A stretch of DNA of 64,000 nucleotides from Haliotis rubra (taxonomy: Eukaryota), in the NCBI RefSeq assembly GCF_003918875.1, contig NW_025767088.1:496001-560000 (forward strand), written 5' to 3'. The first letter of the stretch is position 1. Every line of letters starts with the position of its first letter. The position numbers and the translations under genes are program-made. This document shows, one piece after another, positions 48,857 through 62,983 of this stretch. The notes under the pieces are model-generated. The model searched no databases. It was not told the DNA's origin and saw only the letters and a list, made by a program, of their open reading frames with translations.

Positions 48857-50126
48857 ATTTCACCTCACCGCCCAGAAATTTGGAACAGCCATCTAACATG
48901 TCTTAACAGAGGGCCCTTAAAAGATCACTTCCAGAATTGTCTAGAATTTGGTCGGGGCGCTGTTTTGGTCTGTGCATTGACAGGAAATTCCTCGATGGAA
49001 CTTCTCGGGTAATTGATGATGGTATGGATCACACGAATCTTTTATAAATTGGCAGATACATTAGAGCAAGAGTTTCAGTTTTGTTCCGTGTTATTGTTTA
49101 CAAACTGTATTACCCTTTTCAGCAGAATTTCGGTCTGAAATTGAAAGCTAGTAATTCGGGGCTTTTCTATATATGCTGTAGTTGTGGAAGAGGGGGCGAA
49201 GGACTAACTGCTACTCCACATTGAAGTTATTAAGGGCCCCTTCAAAATTTATGGCAAGGGGGGTGATATTGATTTTTATGCAGAAGCATGTACAATGTGA
49301 ATGACCCTAAATATACGTACAAAGTAAGTGACCCTGCCTTGCGTATCATGTACAAAATCAATTACACCCCACCCCCCACCCCCTCATTCCCATAATTTTT
49401 AAGCATATATTATAATATTTACGTACAAATTGTTGAAAACACACACACACACACACACAGCGCATGTGTACAAAATTGATGCCCCTCCTCTACCTCCCCA
49501 GAGCAAAATGGATGACACAAACACGCACACCCTAAAATCACAACTCCTTCTCCTAAGATATTAGTTATTTCTGCAAACTTTTATGTGACACACCTCAAAA
49601 CTTGGAAACACTTCATTTGGATGCTGCGTGAATAGTAGCTATTTCAAAACACATTTGTTTACTTTTGAGACGAGCCGGAAACGGTATTAAAACAAAGGAA
49701 CAAAACATAAACATTGTTTCATGAAGTATATAACCTATACATATAGTTGGAAATTTTGGTGAGAACAGTACTGAACTGCTAGCTTCTCACAATATCTCAA
49801 AAGCTGTGGATCTCACGTTCGCGTGCTGCGAAAGGGCCAAGCACATTGGCATAGACAGTAAGTCGAGTTTTACCCATGGAGATCTGCGCTTGGACTGGTC
49901 TTCAGCAATCCATGCTTGTCGTAAGAGCAACTAACTGGATCGGGTGGTCAGGCTCGCTGACTTGGTTGACATCTGTCATCGTATCCCATTTGCGTGGATC
50001 GATGCTCATACTGTTGATCACTGGATTGTCTGGTCCAGACTTGATTATTTACAGATCGCCGCCATATACATAGCTGGAATATTGCTGAGTGCGGCGTTAA
50101 ACAACAAACAAACATACGTCGATTTG

Positions 50127-50650
50127 TGAGGAAGACGTGTGGCTCCCGATGAAGTAAAGGATCACCCAAGACCTGGAACACAGAGGAAGACATGTGGCTC
50201 CCGGTGAAGTAAAGGATCACCCAAGACCTGGAACACAGAGGAAGACGTGTGGTTCCCGGTGAAGTAAAGGCTCACCCAAGACCTGGAACACAGAGGAAGA
50301 CGTGTGGCTCCCGGTGAAGTAAAGGATCACCCAAGACCTAGAACATAGAGGAAGACGTGTGGCTCCCGGTGAAGTAAAGGCTCACCCAAGACCTGGAACA
50401 CAGAGGAAGACGTGTGGCTCCCGGTGAAGTAAAGGATCACCCAAGACCTAGAACATAGAGGAAGACGTGTGGCTCCCGGTGAAGTAAAGGATCACCCAAG
50501 ACCTGGAACACAGAGGAAGACGTGTGGCTCCCGGTGAAGTAAAGGATTACCCAAGACCTAGAACATAGAGGAAGACGTGTGGCTCCCGGTGAAGTAAAGG
50601 CTCACCCAAGACCTAGAACATAGAGGAAGACGTGTGGCTCCCGGTGAAGT
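50127..50650. repeat. 55-bp minisatellite (~9.5 copies); scrambled counterpart at ~56635-56960
   Basis: gaggaagacgtgtggctcccggtgaagtaaaggatcacccaagacctggaacaca. Confidence 0.95.
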
Positions 50651-50727
50651 ATTTTGAGTATAGTTGATCATCCATAATCTTACTATGTATTTTATCAACT
50701 CTGCAGTTGAAAGTCTTCCTGGTAAAT

Positions 50728-51556
50728 CAGTGTGCGAAATAGTTTCCAAATTCTGCTAGCCAGTAGGGCTAGCTATGTCAGAAAGTTACTAGCCCACAAA
50801 ATAATTCAAAGATTATAAAGATAGATGAGACCCAGATATTGTCGGCATAACACAGATTTCATCATGAAACGGATGGTTCTGGATCATATGATGAACATTT
50901 TATTTGGCCATAATCTTGGATGGTTTAAAAGTAGTGTTGGGAATTGGTTAAAATCTCATAATTGATGATTGGTCCATTACAACCGATCAATCGTCGAAAA
51001 TAATGGGTTAGCGTTATTATCATATATTCCTGTTATCTTTGTTCATGCACAACAAAATAAAGAATAAACATGTAGTAATTTGGGTTTTTTGCAAATTCCA
51101 TATAATGCATTTGCAAATTTCGCATATTTAATGGATATGATGACTTGTATGTAGGAACATAGATTTCCTGGATTCTTAAAGATATATTCAATCATGACTT
51201 GGAACGAGCTTGCAGTTCTTATGAAATGTAAATTTAAAGACACAGACAAAACAAACCTTGTGAAAAATATTGTTGATGCAAACGAGTATTTCAAATTGTT
51301 TGTGTTCGATTATGAGAAAACATGATCGATTGCTTGCTTGTTTAGTCATTGCGACCAATCTTCGGTTATTTCAATTAATCGGGCCACCACTATTTAAAAG
51401 TGTTTTATAGCTTAACAAGTTGGAGAAAGTGATATCTTTACAAAATGACCCCATGAAAATTCACTAGCCAATCGGGCCAGTGACTGGAGGTTTTACTGGC
51501 CCGACTGGATTTTCACTAGCCACGGGCTAGCTGGCCAGTGGCTATTTCGCACATTG
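50728..51556. mobile_element. MITE (TIR cagtgtgcgaaatag) with a probable nested insertion; duplicated at ~57038-57842
   Basis: cagtgtgcgaaatag...ctatttcgcacattg, with ctagcc subterminal repeats. Confidence 0.65.
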
Positions 51557-51718
51557 TTGCAGATGGAGTCATGAATCTCATACTACACTGCCCATCTCGC
51601 CATGAGTGACGAAGGAAGGAACGCCATGCACCCTCCGAAGCTGACACCGTGTCCATATGGGAGGCTGTTGGACTTCAGTTAATCACAACATCGAAAACAG
51701 TTTCGTCCATTTACAGAG

Positions 51719-51974
51719 AGTGAGTGAGTGAGTGAGTGAGTTTAGTTTTACGCCACACTCAGCAATATTCCAGCTATATGGCGGCGGTCTGTAAATAATC
51801 GAGCCTGGACCAGACAATCCAATGATCAACAGCATGAGCATCGACCTGCGCAATTGGGAACCGATGACATGTGTCAACCAAGTCAGCGAGCCTGACCACC
51901 CGATCCCGTTAGTCGCCTCTAACGACAAGCATGGGTTACTGAAGGCCAATATTCTAACCCGGACCTTCACGGGT
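51719..51974 (-). mobile_element. Family B retroposon (duplicated at ~58005-58250)
   Basis: Full reverse copy with TSD gtccattt(a/t)cagaga. Further copies lie at ~1655-1868, 12385-12772, 14231-14590, 20195-20345, 23632-23856, 37696-37945, 38705-38912, 39918-40120, 47270-47745, 49873-50112, 56381-56620 and 63165-63380. Confidence 0.88.
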
Positions 51975-52352
51975 CCATTTTCAGAGAACAGTTAGCAACT
52001 TTGAAGCCTGCAGATGTATGATGCCTGTTTGTGTATTTGGTTCAGGTGAAATCTGTGACCATGGAAAGCACTGCAATTAATAGTGCAAGGGGCGGTGGGG
52101 TAGCGTAGTGGTTAAAGCGTCTATTTGTCACGCTAAACCGGGGTTCAATTCCCCACATGGACACAATGTGTGAAGCCCATTTCTTGTGTTCCCCGCCGTA
52201 ATATTGCTGGAATATTGCTACTTCTTGGGTGATAATTTTACGAACAATTACAGTGGAATATTGGTTAACTTGCTTGGAACCCCAACACGTTCATGGTGAT
52301 GAACCTCGACACTCATTTAAAGGCCCGGCTTACCTGACTCTTGTGACAATTT

Positions 52353-55300
52353 ATGATGTTTCCCTCCGTTGAATGCATTGTGAATAAGAGAGAAACTAAT
52401 TTCTTATTTAATAACAAGTCGGCGCTGAGCCATGCAGAGTTTGTTTGGTAAGCTATCGCAGAATTGCATAAGAAACAGTTGGTAGCTGAATGTGACACTC
52501 CTCCATATATTGTAACCCTCTAACTGTAGCAATACAAGCGTCAGGCAAGAAGCGTCTCATGTTAGATCTATCTAGGGTTAACAATTACGTTAATAAGAAG
52601 ACTTTAATGTATGAGGATTGGAGAATCGCCCTTGAATATATTAACGCCAACGATTGGCTGATAAAGTTCTACATTCATTCTGCTATCATCACATTGACAT
52701 TTTTGAAGGTCACACTGACTTCTTAGGTTTCGCGTGGACAGATGTGTCTGGTGTAACACGGTACTTTAAATTTGTAGTGTTACCTTTTGGCTTGACGTCA
52801 GCACCGTTTGTGTTTACAAAAGTTACAAGACAATTGGTTAGAAAGTGGCGCTTTGAAGGGAAGAAAGTTGTAACATTTCTTGATGATGGCATTTTATCTG
52901 CAGAATCAGAGTTATTATCGCGTTCCGTTGGCAAGGAAGTGAAAGAAGGTTGAAAAATCGTTATGGTCACCTTCACAGTCCATTGAGTGGCTAGGTTTTC
53001 ATATATGTACTACTTCTCTGTGTTTATCTGTACCTCAGAGAAAGCTGGATAAAATGTTTGAGAAAATAACTTTTCTTTTGGACAACCGACGTGTGGTGCA
53101 ATCAGTGCGTTCGATTGCAGCTGTTGTAGGACAGATCATAGCGATGAAATTGGTCATGGGACCTGTTGTACAATTGATGACTAGATTTCTGAGCATCGAT
53201 GTTCTGACTGAAAAGCATCGAACAATTACAGTATTGGATAGAAACATTGCTAGTTTGTCAAGTACGAGTACCTAGTCAAAAGTTCTCAAAGTGAGTCGTG
53301 TTGTATATAGTGACGCCGATCATACCGGATATGGGAGGGTTTTGTGCGGAAGTGGGTACAGCTTACTCCCATGGTCTGAAGACGAGGCGCAGAACAGTTC
53401 AACATGGAAAGGAACTCAAGGCAGTCATGTCAGAAGTTTCATTATATACATTTGGAAAGACGTAGAATTACGTGGCGCACTGACGAGCCAATAATGGCCA
53501 GCTCTACTATTGTGGGGAAAGGGTAGCATGAAACCACATTTACAGGCCATAGCCCTTGACAGTTTGAGTTGTTGTTCGAGGCAAAATGTAGTGTTAGTTG
53601 GACATGCAATGGATTCCTCGTTCAGAGAATGAGGTCTGCGGATTATGTTGAGGTAAAATTCTCGACATATGACGATTGGGCTATAGCAAAACCACGTATT
53701 TAAGCATATAGTGCTGTTTGGGGGCCAGATGAAGTGGATAGGATTTGCATCATGGTACAATACTAATTTACCATGTTTTAATTTCCAAGATATTACAACC
53801 CACGGTGTACGGATGTAGACTGTTTCACAGTCAGTTGGGGGTGATGTGGTAAGCAGGGTTGTTCCCCTTTGCCCATGATACCACCAGGGAACATTACGGC
53901 ATATGTCACAGGTGTGGTGCTAGAGGGTACGTCGGTTGGTACCCGATTGGTATTCAGCATGTTTTTGGCCGCTTATCACTTGTAATCGTTTCTTTATTCC
54001 ACAGGTGATTGATCATATGTATTTTGCCAAAAAGCGAAAAAGCATATAATACCTTCAAGTTAGGCGGGTTGTTCGGAGAAAGTGATTTACATTTTAACAT
54101 GTTAGCACTGCGTGTAGATTTCAGCATATGTTGAATATGTGTTTCTGTTTACAGATGTGATGTGTAGTGTATATAGAGGAGCTGGAGAGGCGTTACCACC
54201 TGATGTGAAGGGTTAGCTGCTGGTTTACCGGGTCTACTGTGTAGCTGGCTGTAGAAAGAGCAGATTCCCGTCAAGGAAGCCGCCCGCATACGGTTTTGCT
54301 CCTGTGCAAACGGCATTCTATATATTCGTCGTGCTCGTAATGATTGTGGGGCTGCAAAGTCAGCGGAAGGTGGTCTTGTTGAAAATGTTTTTAGGGCAGC
54401 CGAAAGAAATTGGCAAAATGTGTAAGTAACAAGAGCCGATCACTGTTGAGTTTGTTAGAGGTGTATGATGTAACAATGTGGTTGATCAACACTTCACAAT
54501 GCCCGGATACTGTGTATGTGTCTTGTGCATATTCTGGGTTTCTCAGATCTGCAGAACTTTTTAAACATCAGAAGATCCAGATATTGCATTTTATGAGACT
54601 CACGTTATGCTGTTTATAGAGCAATCTAAAACAGATATTTACAGAACGGTTCGTGTCAGTTGCAATCCTTGACCTATCTGGGATATTGGCGAACTCTGAG
54701 TGCAGAGAGAGTTGTTTATTAGAGCTTTCACTCCATTTGTACACAACATCAATAGTTGACAGTGCTTACGTAGCGGCGGGTAACAGCTGCTGCTGCTAAT
54801 AACGGGTCCCCAATGGGATGTTCAGAAGTGGGAGATGGCGAAGTGAAAACGCCAAAGATGGTTATAGTAAGGATCACCTCCAAAGCAGTTTATGTTTCTC
54901 ACGGTCTTGGCCTTTGGAGCTTTCTTTGAATCTCTGTGTGTCGGCGCGACCTGGCCAAATTGATAATGAAATGTTTGTGTTATATGTGTGTATGTATGCG
55001 TTTCGATTGCATGGTGTGGAGAGGAGAAATGATGTTTCTCTCGGTTGAATGCATTAATGAATAAGAGAGAAACTAATTTCTCCTTAGCGGTATGCAAAAC
55101 TCAAGGGAGGTAATTGGCTTGGGTATTAAAGGGGTATAAAAGGGACGTGGAAAGTAGTTCTTCTCTCTCGCTAGTCACCGTAGCAGTAACGTCATTATAT
55201 TTTCACATGTATTTTTGATATTTTACATGTATTATCATAAACATATATGGTTTTATGTTGCCAAGTAGTGATTTCACTCGTTGTGAAGATGGCCGTTTAA

Positions 55301-55571
55301 CCTTATTTCCCCTATGGATGTTACCAGTCGCGTGAGCGATGGCCGTTTTACCAACATTGCCAACGTTAGATAACAATTCGAATGCTATCTAGGATACAAT
55401 ACCGTCAGTACTTCCCGCGCAACTAAACATCGATCACCAACACAGCAACTAATAATCTCATACTTTTGTGGTTTACGTGACTAACAAACATGCTATTAAT
55501 CATATGTACCTAGAAATATAACAACTATAAGAGATTCTAACGTTGCATTATATGCCTTACCGGCGTTCTGA
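52353..55571 (+). mobile_element. Second, more corrupted copy of the DIRS/Ngaro element, truncated at the duplication junction
   Basis: Same RT/RH/MT/YR remnants (FVVLPFGLTSAPFVFTK, FLDDGI, GRWRSENAKDGY). A repeats at 52353-52403 and 55029-55081. Confidence 0.88.
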
Positions 55572-58546
55572 ATAAATTGGCAGATGCATTAGAGCAAGAG
55601 TTTCAGTTTTGTTCCGTGTTATTATTTACAAACTGTATTACCCTTTTCAGCAGACTTTAGGTCTGAAATTGAAAGCTAGAAATTCGGGGCTTTTCTATAT
55701 ATGCTGTAGTTGTGGAAGAGGGGGCGAAGGACTAACTGCTACTCCACATTGAAGTTATTAAGGGCCCGTTCATAATTTATTGCAAGGGGGGTGATAATGA
55801 TTTTTATGCAGAAGCATGTACAATGTGAATGACCCTAAATATACGTACAAAGTAAGTGACCCTGCCTTGCATATCATGTACAAAATCAATGCCCCCCTTC
55901 ATTCCCGTAATTTTTAAGCATATATTTTAGTATTTATGTACAAATTGCTGCCCTCCCCCAGCGCATGTGTACAAACTTGATGACCCTCCTCTACCTCCCC
56001 AGAAGAAAAATGGATGACACAACACCCACCCACCCACACGCACACCCTAAAATCACAACTCCTTCTCCTAAGATATTAGTTATTTCTGCAAAGTTTTATG
56101 TGACACACCTCAAAACTTGGAAACACTTCATTTGGATGCTGCGTGAACAGTAGCTATTTCAAAACACATTTGTTTACTTTGAGACGAACCGGTATTAAAA
56201 CAAAGAAACAAAACATAAACATTGTTTCATGAAGTATATAACCTATACATATAGTTGGAAATTTTGGTGAGAACAGTACTGAACTGCTAGCTTCTCACAA
56301 TATCTCAAAAGCTGTGGATCTCACGTTCGCGTGCTGCGAAAGGGCCAAGCACATTGGCATAGACAGTAAGTCGAGTTTTACCCATGGAGATCTGCGCTTG
56401 GACTGGTCTTCAGCAATCCATGCTTGTCGTAAGAGCAACTAACTGGATCGGGTGGTCAGGCTCGCTGACTTGGTTGACATCTGTCATCGTATCCCATTTG
56501 CGTGGATCGATGCTCATACTGTTGATCACTGGATTGTCTGGTCCAGACTTGATTATTTACAGATCGCCGCCATATACATAGCTGGAATATTGCTGAGTGC
56601 GGCGTTAAACAACAGACGAACATAAGTCGATTTGTGAGGAAGACGTGTGGCTCCCGAGACGTGTGTGGCTCCCGGTGAAGTAAAGGATCACCCAAGACCT
56701 GGAACACAGAGGAAGACGTGTGGTTCCCGGTGAAGTGTCACCCAAGACCTGCTCCCGGTGAAGTAAACCTAGAACATAGGGATCACTCACCCAAGAGACA
56801 TGGAACACCCAAGACCTAGAGAGGAAGACGTGTGGTGAAGCTCCCCAAGACCTGTGAAGTAAAGGATCACCCAAGACATGGAAGACGTGTGGCTCCCGGT
56901 GAAGTAAAGGATCACCCAAGAGATGGAACACAGAGGAAGACTGTGTTGGCTATGTGAAGTATAGTGAGTATAGTCGATCATTCATAATCTTACTATGTAT
57001 TTTATCAACACTGCAGTTGAAAGTCTTCCTGGTAAATCAGTGTGCGAAATAGTTTCCAAATTCTGCTAGCCAGTAGCTAGCTATGTCTGAAAGTTACTAG
57101 CCCACAAAATAATTCAAACATTATAAAGATAGATGAGAATCAGATTTTGAAACGGATGGTTCTGGATCATATGATGAACATTTTATTTGGCCATAATCTT
57201 GGATGGTTTAAAAGTAGTGTTGGGAATTGGTTAAAATCTCATAATTGATGATTGGTCCATTACAATTGCATCAATCATCGAAAATAATGGGTTAGCGTCA
57301 TTTATCATATGTTCCTGTTATCTTTGTTAATGCACAACAAAAATAAAGAATAAACATGTAGTAATTTGGGGGTTTGCAAATTGCATATAATGCATTTGCA
57401 AATTTCGCATATTTAATGGATGACTCGTATGTAGGAACATAGATTTCCTGGATTCTTAAAGATATACTAGTATTCAATCATGACTTGGAACGAGCTTGTA
57501 GTTCTTATGAAATGTAAATTTAATGACACAGACAAAACCAACCTGTGAAAAATATTGTTGATGCAAACAAGTATTTCAAGATTGTTTGTGTTCGATTATG
57601 AGAAAACATGATCGATTGCTTGGTTGTTTAGTCATTGCGACCAATCTTCGGTTATTTCAATTAATCGGGCCACCACTATTTAAAAGTGTTTTATAGCTTA
57701 ACAAGTTGGAGAAAGTGATATCTTTACAAAATGACCCCATGAAAATTCACTAGCCAGTCGGGTCAGTGACTGGAGGTTTTACTGGCCCGACTGGATTTTT
57801 ACTAGCCACGGGCTAGCTGGCCAGTGGCTATTTCGCACATTGTTGCAGATGGAGTCATGAATCTCATACTACACTGCCCATCTCGCCATGAGTGACGAAG
57901 GAAGGAACGCCATGCACCCTCTGAAGCTGACACCGTGTCCATATGGGAGGCTGTTGGACTTCAGTTAATCACAACATCGTAGACAGTTTCGTCCATTTTC
58001 AGAGAGTGAGTGAGTGAGTTTAGTTTTACGCCGCACTTAGCAATATTCCAGCTATATGGCGGCGGTCTGTAAAAAATCGAGTCTGGACCAGACAATCCAA
58101 TGACCAACAGCATGAACATGGATCTGCGCAATCCGGTACCGATGACGTGTCAACAAAGTCAGCGAGCCTGACCACCCGATCCCGTTAGTCGCCTCTAACG
58201 ACAAGCATGGGTTACTGAAGGCCAATATTCTAACCCGGACCTTCACGGGTCCATTTTCAGAGAACAGTTAGCAACTTTGAAGTCACGCTAAACCGGTTTT
58301 TTTAATTCCCCACGTGGACACAATGTGTGAAGCCCATTTCTTGTGTTCCCCGCCGTAATATTGCTGGAATATTGCTAAAAGCGGCATTAAACCATGCGAC
58401 TACTTCTCGGGTGATAATTTTCACTGAATAACAATAAATGGAAAAAAAAAAGTGGAATATTGGTTAACTGGCTTGGAACCCCAACACGTTCATGGTGATG
58501 AACCTCGACACTCATTTAAAGGCCCGGCTTGCCTGACTCTTGTGAC

Positions 58547-61500
58547 ATGCATTGTGAATAAGAGAGAAACTAATTTCTTATTTAATAACAAGTCGGCGCT
58601 GAGCCATGCAGAGTGTTTGTCAAGCTATCGCAGAATTGCATAAGAAACAGTTGGTAGTTGAATATGACACTCTGCCATATATTATAACCCTCTTACTGTA
58701 CCGATACAAGCGTCAGGCAAGAAGTGTCTCATTTTAGATCTATCTATGGTTAACAATTACGTTAATAACAAGACTGTAAAGTATGAGAATTGGAGAATCG
58801 CCCTTGAATATATTAACGCCAACGATTGGCTGATAAAGTTCTACATTCATTCTGCTATCATCACATTGACATTTTTGAAGGTCACACTGACTTCTTAGGT
58901 TTCGCGTGGACAGATGTGTCTGGTGTAACACGGTACTTTAAATTTGTAGTGTTACCTTTGGGTTTGACGTCAGCACCGTTTGTGTTTACAAAAGTTGCAA
59001 GACAATTGGTTAGAAAGTGGCGCTTTGAAGGGAAGAAAGTTGTAACATTTCTTGATGATGGCATTTTATCTGCAGAATCAGACTTATTATCGCGTTCCGT
59101 TGGCAAGGAAGTGAAAGAAGACTTGATAAAGTCTGGATTTTTACCCAAGGTTGAAAAATCGTTTTGGTCACCTTCACAGTCCATTGAGTGGCTAGGTTTT
59201 CATATATGTACTACTTCTCTGTGTCTATCTGTACCTCAGAGAAAGCTTGATAAAGTGGTTGAGAAAATAACTTTTCTTTTGGACAACCGACGTGTGGTGC
59301 AATCAGTTTCGTTTGATTGCAGCTGTTGTAGGACAGATCATAGCGATGAAATTGGTCATGGGACCTGTTGTACAATTGATGACTAGATTTCTGAGCATCG
59401 ATGTTCTGACTGAAAAGCATCGAACAATTACAGTATTGGATAAGAAACATTGCTAGTTTGTCAAGTACAGTACTAGTCAAAAGTTCTCAAGTGAGTCGTG
59501 TTGTATATAGTGACGCCAGTCATACCGGATATGGAGGGTTTTGTGCGGAAGTGGGTACAGCTTACTCTCATGGTCTGAAGACGAGGCGCAGAACAGTTCA
59601 ACATGGAAAGAACTCATGGCAGTCATGTCAAGTTTCATTATACATTTGGAGAAACGTAGAATTACGTGGCGCACTGACAGTAATAACGTGGCTACTATTG
59701 TGGGGAAGGGTAGCATGAAACCACATTTACAGGCCATAGCCCTTGACAGTTTTGAGTTGTGTTCAAAGCAAAAATGTGGTGTTGGACATGCAATGGATTC
59801 CGCGTTCAGAGAATGAGACCGCGGATATGTTGAGTAAAATTCTCGATTATGACGATTGGGCTATAGCAAACCACGTATTTAAGCATATAGATGCTGTTTG
59901 GGGGCCACATGAAGTGGATGGATTTGCATCAAGGTACAATACTAATTTGCCATGTTTTAATTCCAGATATTAGAATCCACGGTGTGCGGATGTCGACTGT
60001 TTCACAGTCAGTTGGAGTGATGTGATAAGCTGGGTTGTTCCCCCTGTTGCCATGATACCAGGAACATTACGGCATATGTCTGAGTGTGGTGCTAAGGGCA
60101 CGTTGGTGGTACCCGAATGGTATTCGGCATGGTTTTGGCCGCTTATCACTTGTAATCGTTTCTTTATTCCACAGGTGATTGACCATATGTATTTGCCAAA
60201 AGCGAAAGAAGAATATGTACCTTCCACGATTGGAGGCGGGTTGTTCGGAGAAAGTGATTTGCATTTTAACATGTTAGCACTGCGTGTAGATTTCAGCATA
60301 TGTTGAATATGAGTTTTCTGTTTACAGATGTGATGTGTAGTGTATATAGAGAGGAGTTGGAAGCGTTACCACCTGATGTGAAGGGGTTGGCTGCTGGTTT
60401 GCCGAATCTGCTGGCTGGTTATAGAGCAGATTTCACGTCAAGGAAATACGCATGCGGTTTTGATGCGTGGAAACGGTGGCACATTCTTGTTTAATGTCTA
60501 CACAATTACCGATTTCTCCATTGCACTGTGCAATATATTTATAGGCTGTTGTTCAGCGTAGAGAATCGTTTGCTCCTGTGCAAACGGCATTCTATAGCAT
60601 TCGTCATGCTCATGTGATTGTGGGGCTGCAAAGTCCAACGGAAGGTGGTCTTGTTTAAAATGTTTTAGAGGCAGCCAAAAGAAAATTGGCAAAATGTGTA
60701 AATAACAAAGAGCCAATCACTGTTGATTTGTTAGAGAAATTGTATGATGTAACAATGGTTGATCCAACACTTCACAGTGTACGGATACTGTGTATGTGTC
60801 TTATTGCATATTCTGGGTTTCTCAGATCTGCAGAACTTTTAAACATCAGAAGATCAGATATTGCATTTTATGAGACTCACATTATGCTGTTTATAGAGCA
60901 TCTAAAACAGATATTTACAGAGACGGTTCGTGTGTCCAGTTGCAATCCTTGACCTATCTGGGATATTGGCGAACTCTGGTGAGAGAGTTGTTTATTGAAG
61001 CTTTCACTCCATTTGTACACAACATCAATAGTTATGGTCTTACGTAGCGGCGGAGCAACAGCTGCTGCTGCTAATAACGGAGTCCCCAATAGGATGTTCA
61101 AGAGAAATGGGAGATGGCGAAGTGAAAACGCCAAAGATGGTTATATTAAGGATCACCTCCAAAACGGTTATCTGTTTCTCACGGTCTTGGCCTTTAGACT
61201 TTCTTTGAATCTCTGTGTGTCGGCACTGCGACCTGGCCAAATTGTCATGAAATGTTTGTGTTGTATATATTATGTATATATACGTTCGATTGCATGGTGT
61301 GGAGAGGAGAAATGATGTTTCTCTCGGTTGAATGCATTGTGAATAAGAGAGAAACTAATTTCTCCTTAGCGGTATGCAATACTCAAGGGGGGTAATTGGC
61401 TTGGGTATTAAGGGTATAAAAAGGGGCGTGGAAAGTAGTTCTTTTTTTAGTCTGCCGAAATGCCAGCAGGCGAAGGCGACCTCCAAAGCATATAACTGAA

Positions 61501-62983
61501 GAAGAAGAAGTAGTTCTTCTCTCTCTCGATAGTAACCGCAGCAGTAACGTCATTATATTTTCACATGTATTTTGATATTTACATGTATTATCTCATAAAC
61601 TTATATATGTTTTTATGATGTGTTCACTCGTTGTGAAGATGGCCGTTTGGCTTGTTTCCCCTGTCTGGATGAGTTACATCCAATGCCAGTCCGGTAATTC
61701 CGCGCACGTTGGCAATGGTTTAGATATTTTTAACACAACATTCATCCGTCGAACGTTGGGACCAACACGGCGAACTGCTGTCTCTTACCGTCCGGTACTT
61801 CCGCGCAGCTAAGCACATCGATCGCAACACGGCAACTAATGTCTCTTACTTTTTGTGGTTTACGTGACTAAACATGCTAGTATGCATCATATGTACCTAG
61901 AACAACTATAAGATTCTAACGTTGCATTATGCCATAAGGTTGACCTTACTGGCGTTCTGACGACATCGCTTGCTGTCCGGTAATTCTGCGCAGTAACTGA
62001 TGCGCATAACATCCAGCTGGAGATCCGAAGCATGGAAGCGTATTAGGGCCAGATTATTTTCAAAAATCACTTCATCAATGTAAGGAAGTGTGTTTCATAT
62101 CAAATCCAATTATGAATAATGAAGAAAAAGGTTTAAAAGTCTGATAAAACTGTCAATTTATCTGTCAATTACTGTTATTTACTTACCTTTAGTGATTAAA
62201 AGCCAGTTCCTTGTAGAAATGTCCTGATTTCAAGCGTAAATGTGGTAGCAGACGATGTTTACTTTGATACGGAAATACACTATTGCGGAATTACCGGACT
62301 CGCTTGTATATGTGCGGTTGGCGAGCCATTATAACACGTGAGACTGATGATGCGAATGATGAGCCTTGAATGGTATGCTGCGAATGATGCGAATATGATT
62401 ATTCTGCTTTCAAGAGGTTGACGAGTCTTCATAATACGGGATATTATATACAGAAATATATTACATATTACGCTATCATATAGCGGTATGTTGTTGGAAT
62501 GCAGTTGTAAAACTGTTTGTCCTGTGATGGACTGGGCTGAAGAACCATTTATAATACAGTGTGTAATGATTTTACACTTGGAAGGGTGAATTGAATATAA
62601 TTGTGTGAGAAACGTTTGTATTTATTGTTTTACATCAATAGTTATCTGTAAACTCCCCAGATAAGGAACGGTTGACTTCTTTGGGAGAACACGGTTCAGA
62701 GACTTAATTTTCTCTGAAAATGATGAAGCATTTTGATCTCTTGTTGTTTACGTGTCGGGCAACAAGTTCCATACTGAATGATGTAAGGTGACGCTCTAAC
62801 CACATGTACAGAGGCGGTCGATTGATGTGTGTTGTATAATGTATCAAGTGATTAATGTAAATAAACTGCTGTGTGTCGGCACTGCGACCTGACCAAATTG
62901 TCATGGAATGTTTGTGTTGTATATATGTGTATATATGTACGGTATATATGTACGTTCGATTGCATGGTGTGGAGAGGAGAAAA
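58547..62983 (+). mobile_element. Decayed DIRS-order (Ngaro/PAT-type) tyrosine-recombinase retrotransposon with split direct repeats
   Basis: RT: NNKSAL, YHHIDI, VLP.GLTSAPFVFTK, FLDDGI. RNase H: VYSDAS, SSTWKEL, WRTDS, WIPRSENETAD. Methyltransferase-like region: DGFASRYN, VPP, LVVPEW. YR: YSGFLRSAEL, LRSGGATAAAN, GRWRSENAKDGY. All are frameshifted. Repeats are arranged A1..B1A2..B2. Confidence 0.9.
61975..62299. mobile_element. MITE (TIR gtccggtaattc.gc) within the DIRS 3' region
   Basis: gtccggtaattctgcgcag...tattgcggaattaccggac. Confidence 0.6.

Larger units (their letters stand above)
49044..61960. repeat. ~6.5-kb tandem duplication (49044-55571 / 55572-61960)
   Basis: Both units start ataaattggcagat.cattagagcaagagtttcag and end cttac.ggcgttctga. 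They carry the SINEs, minisatellite, MITE and DIRS remnant in the same order. Confidence 0.93.

Noticed and set aside
48010-50650. CRISPR-like regular arrays
   Set aside because: Head-to-tail identical units with no unique spacers, no cas genes, and a eukaryotic context.
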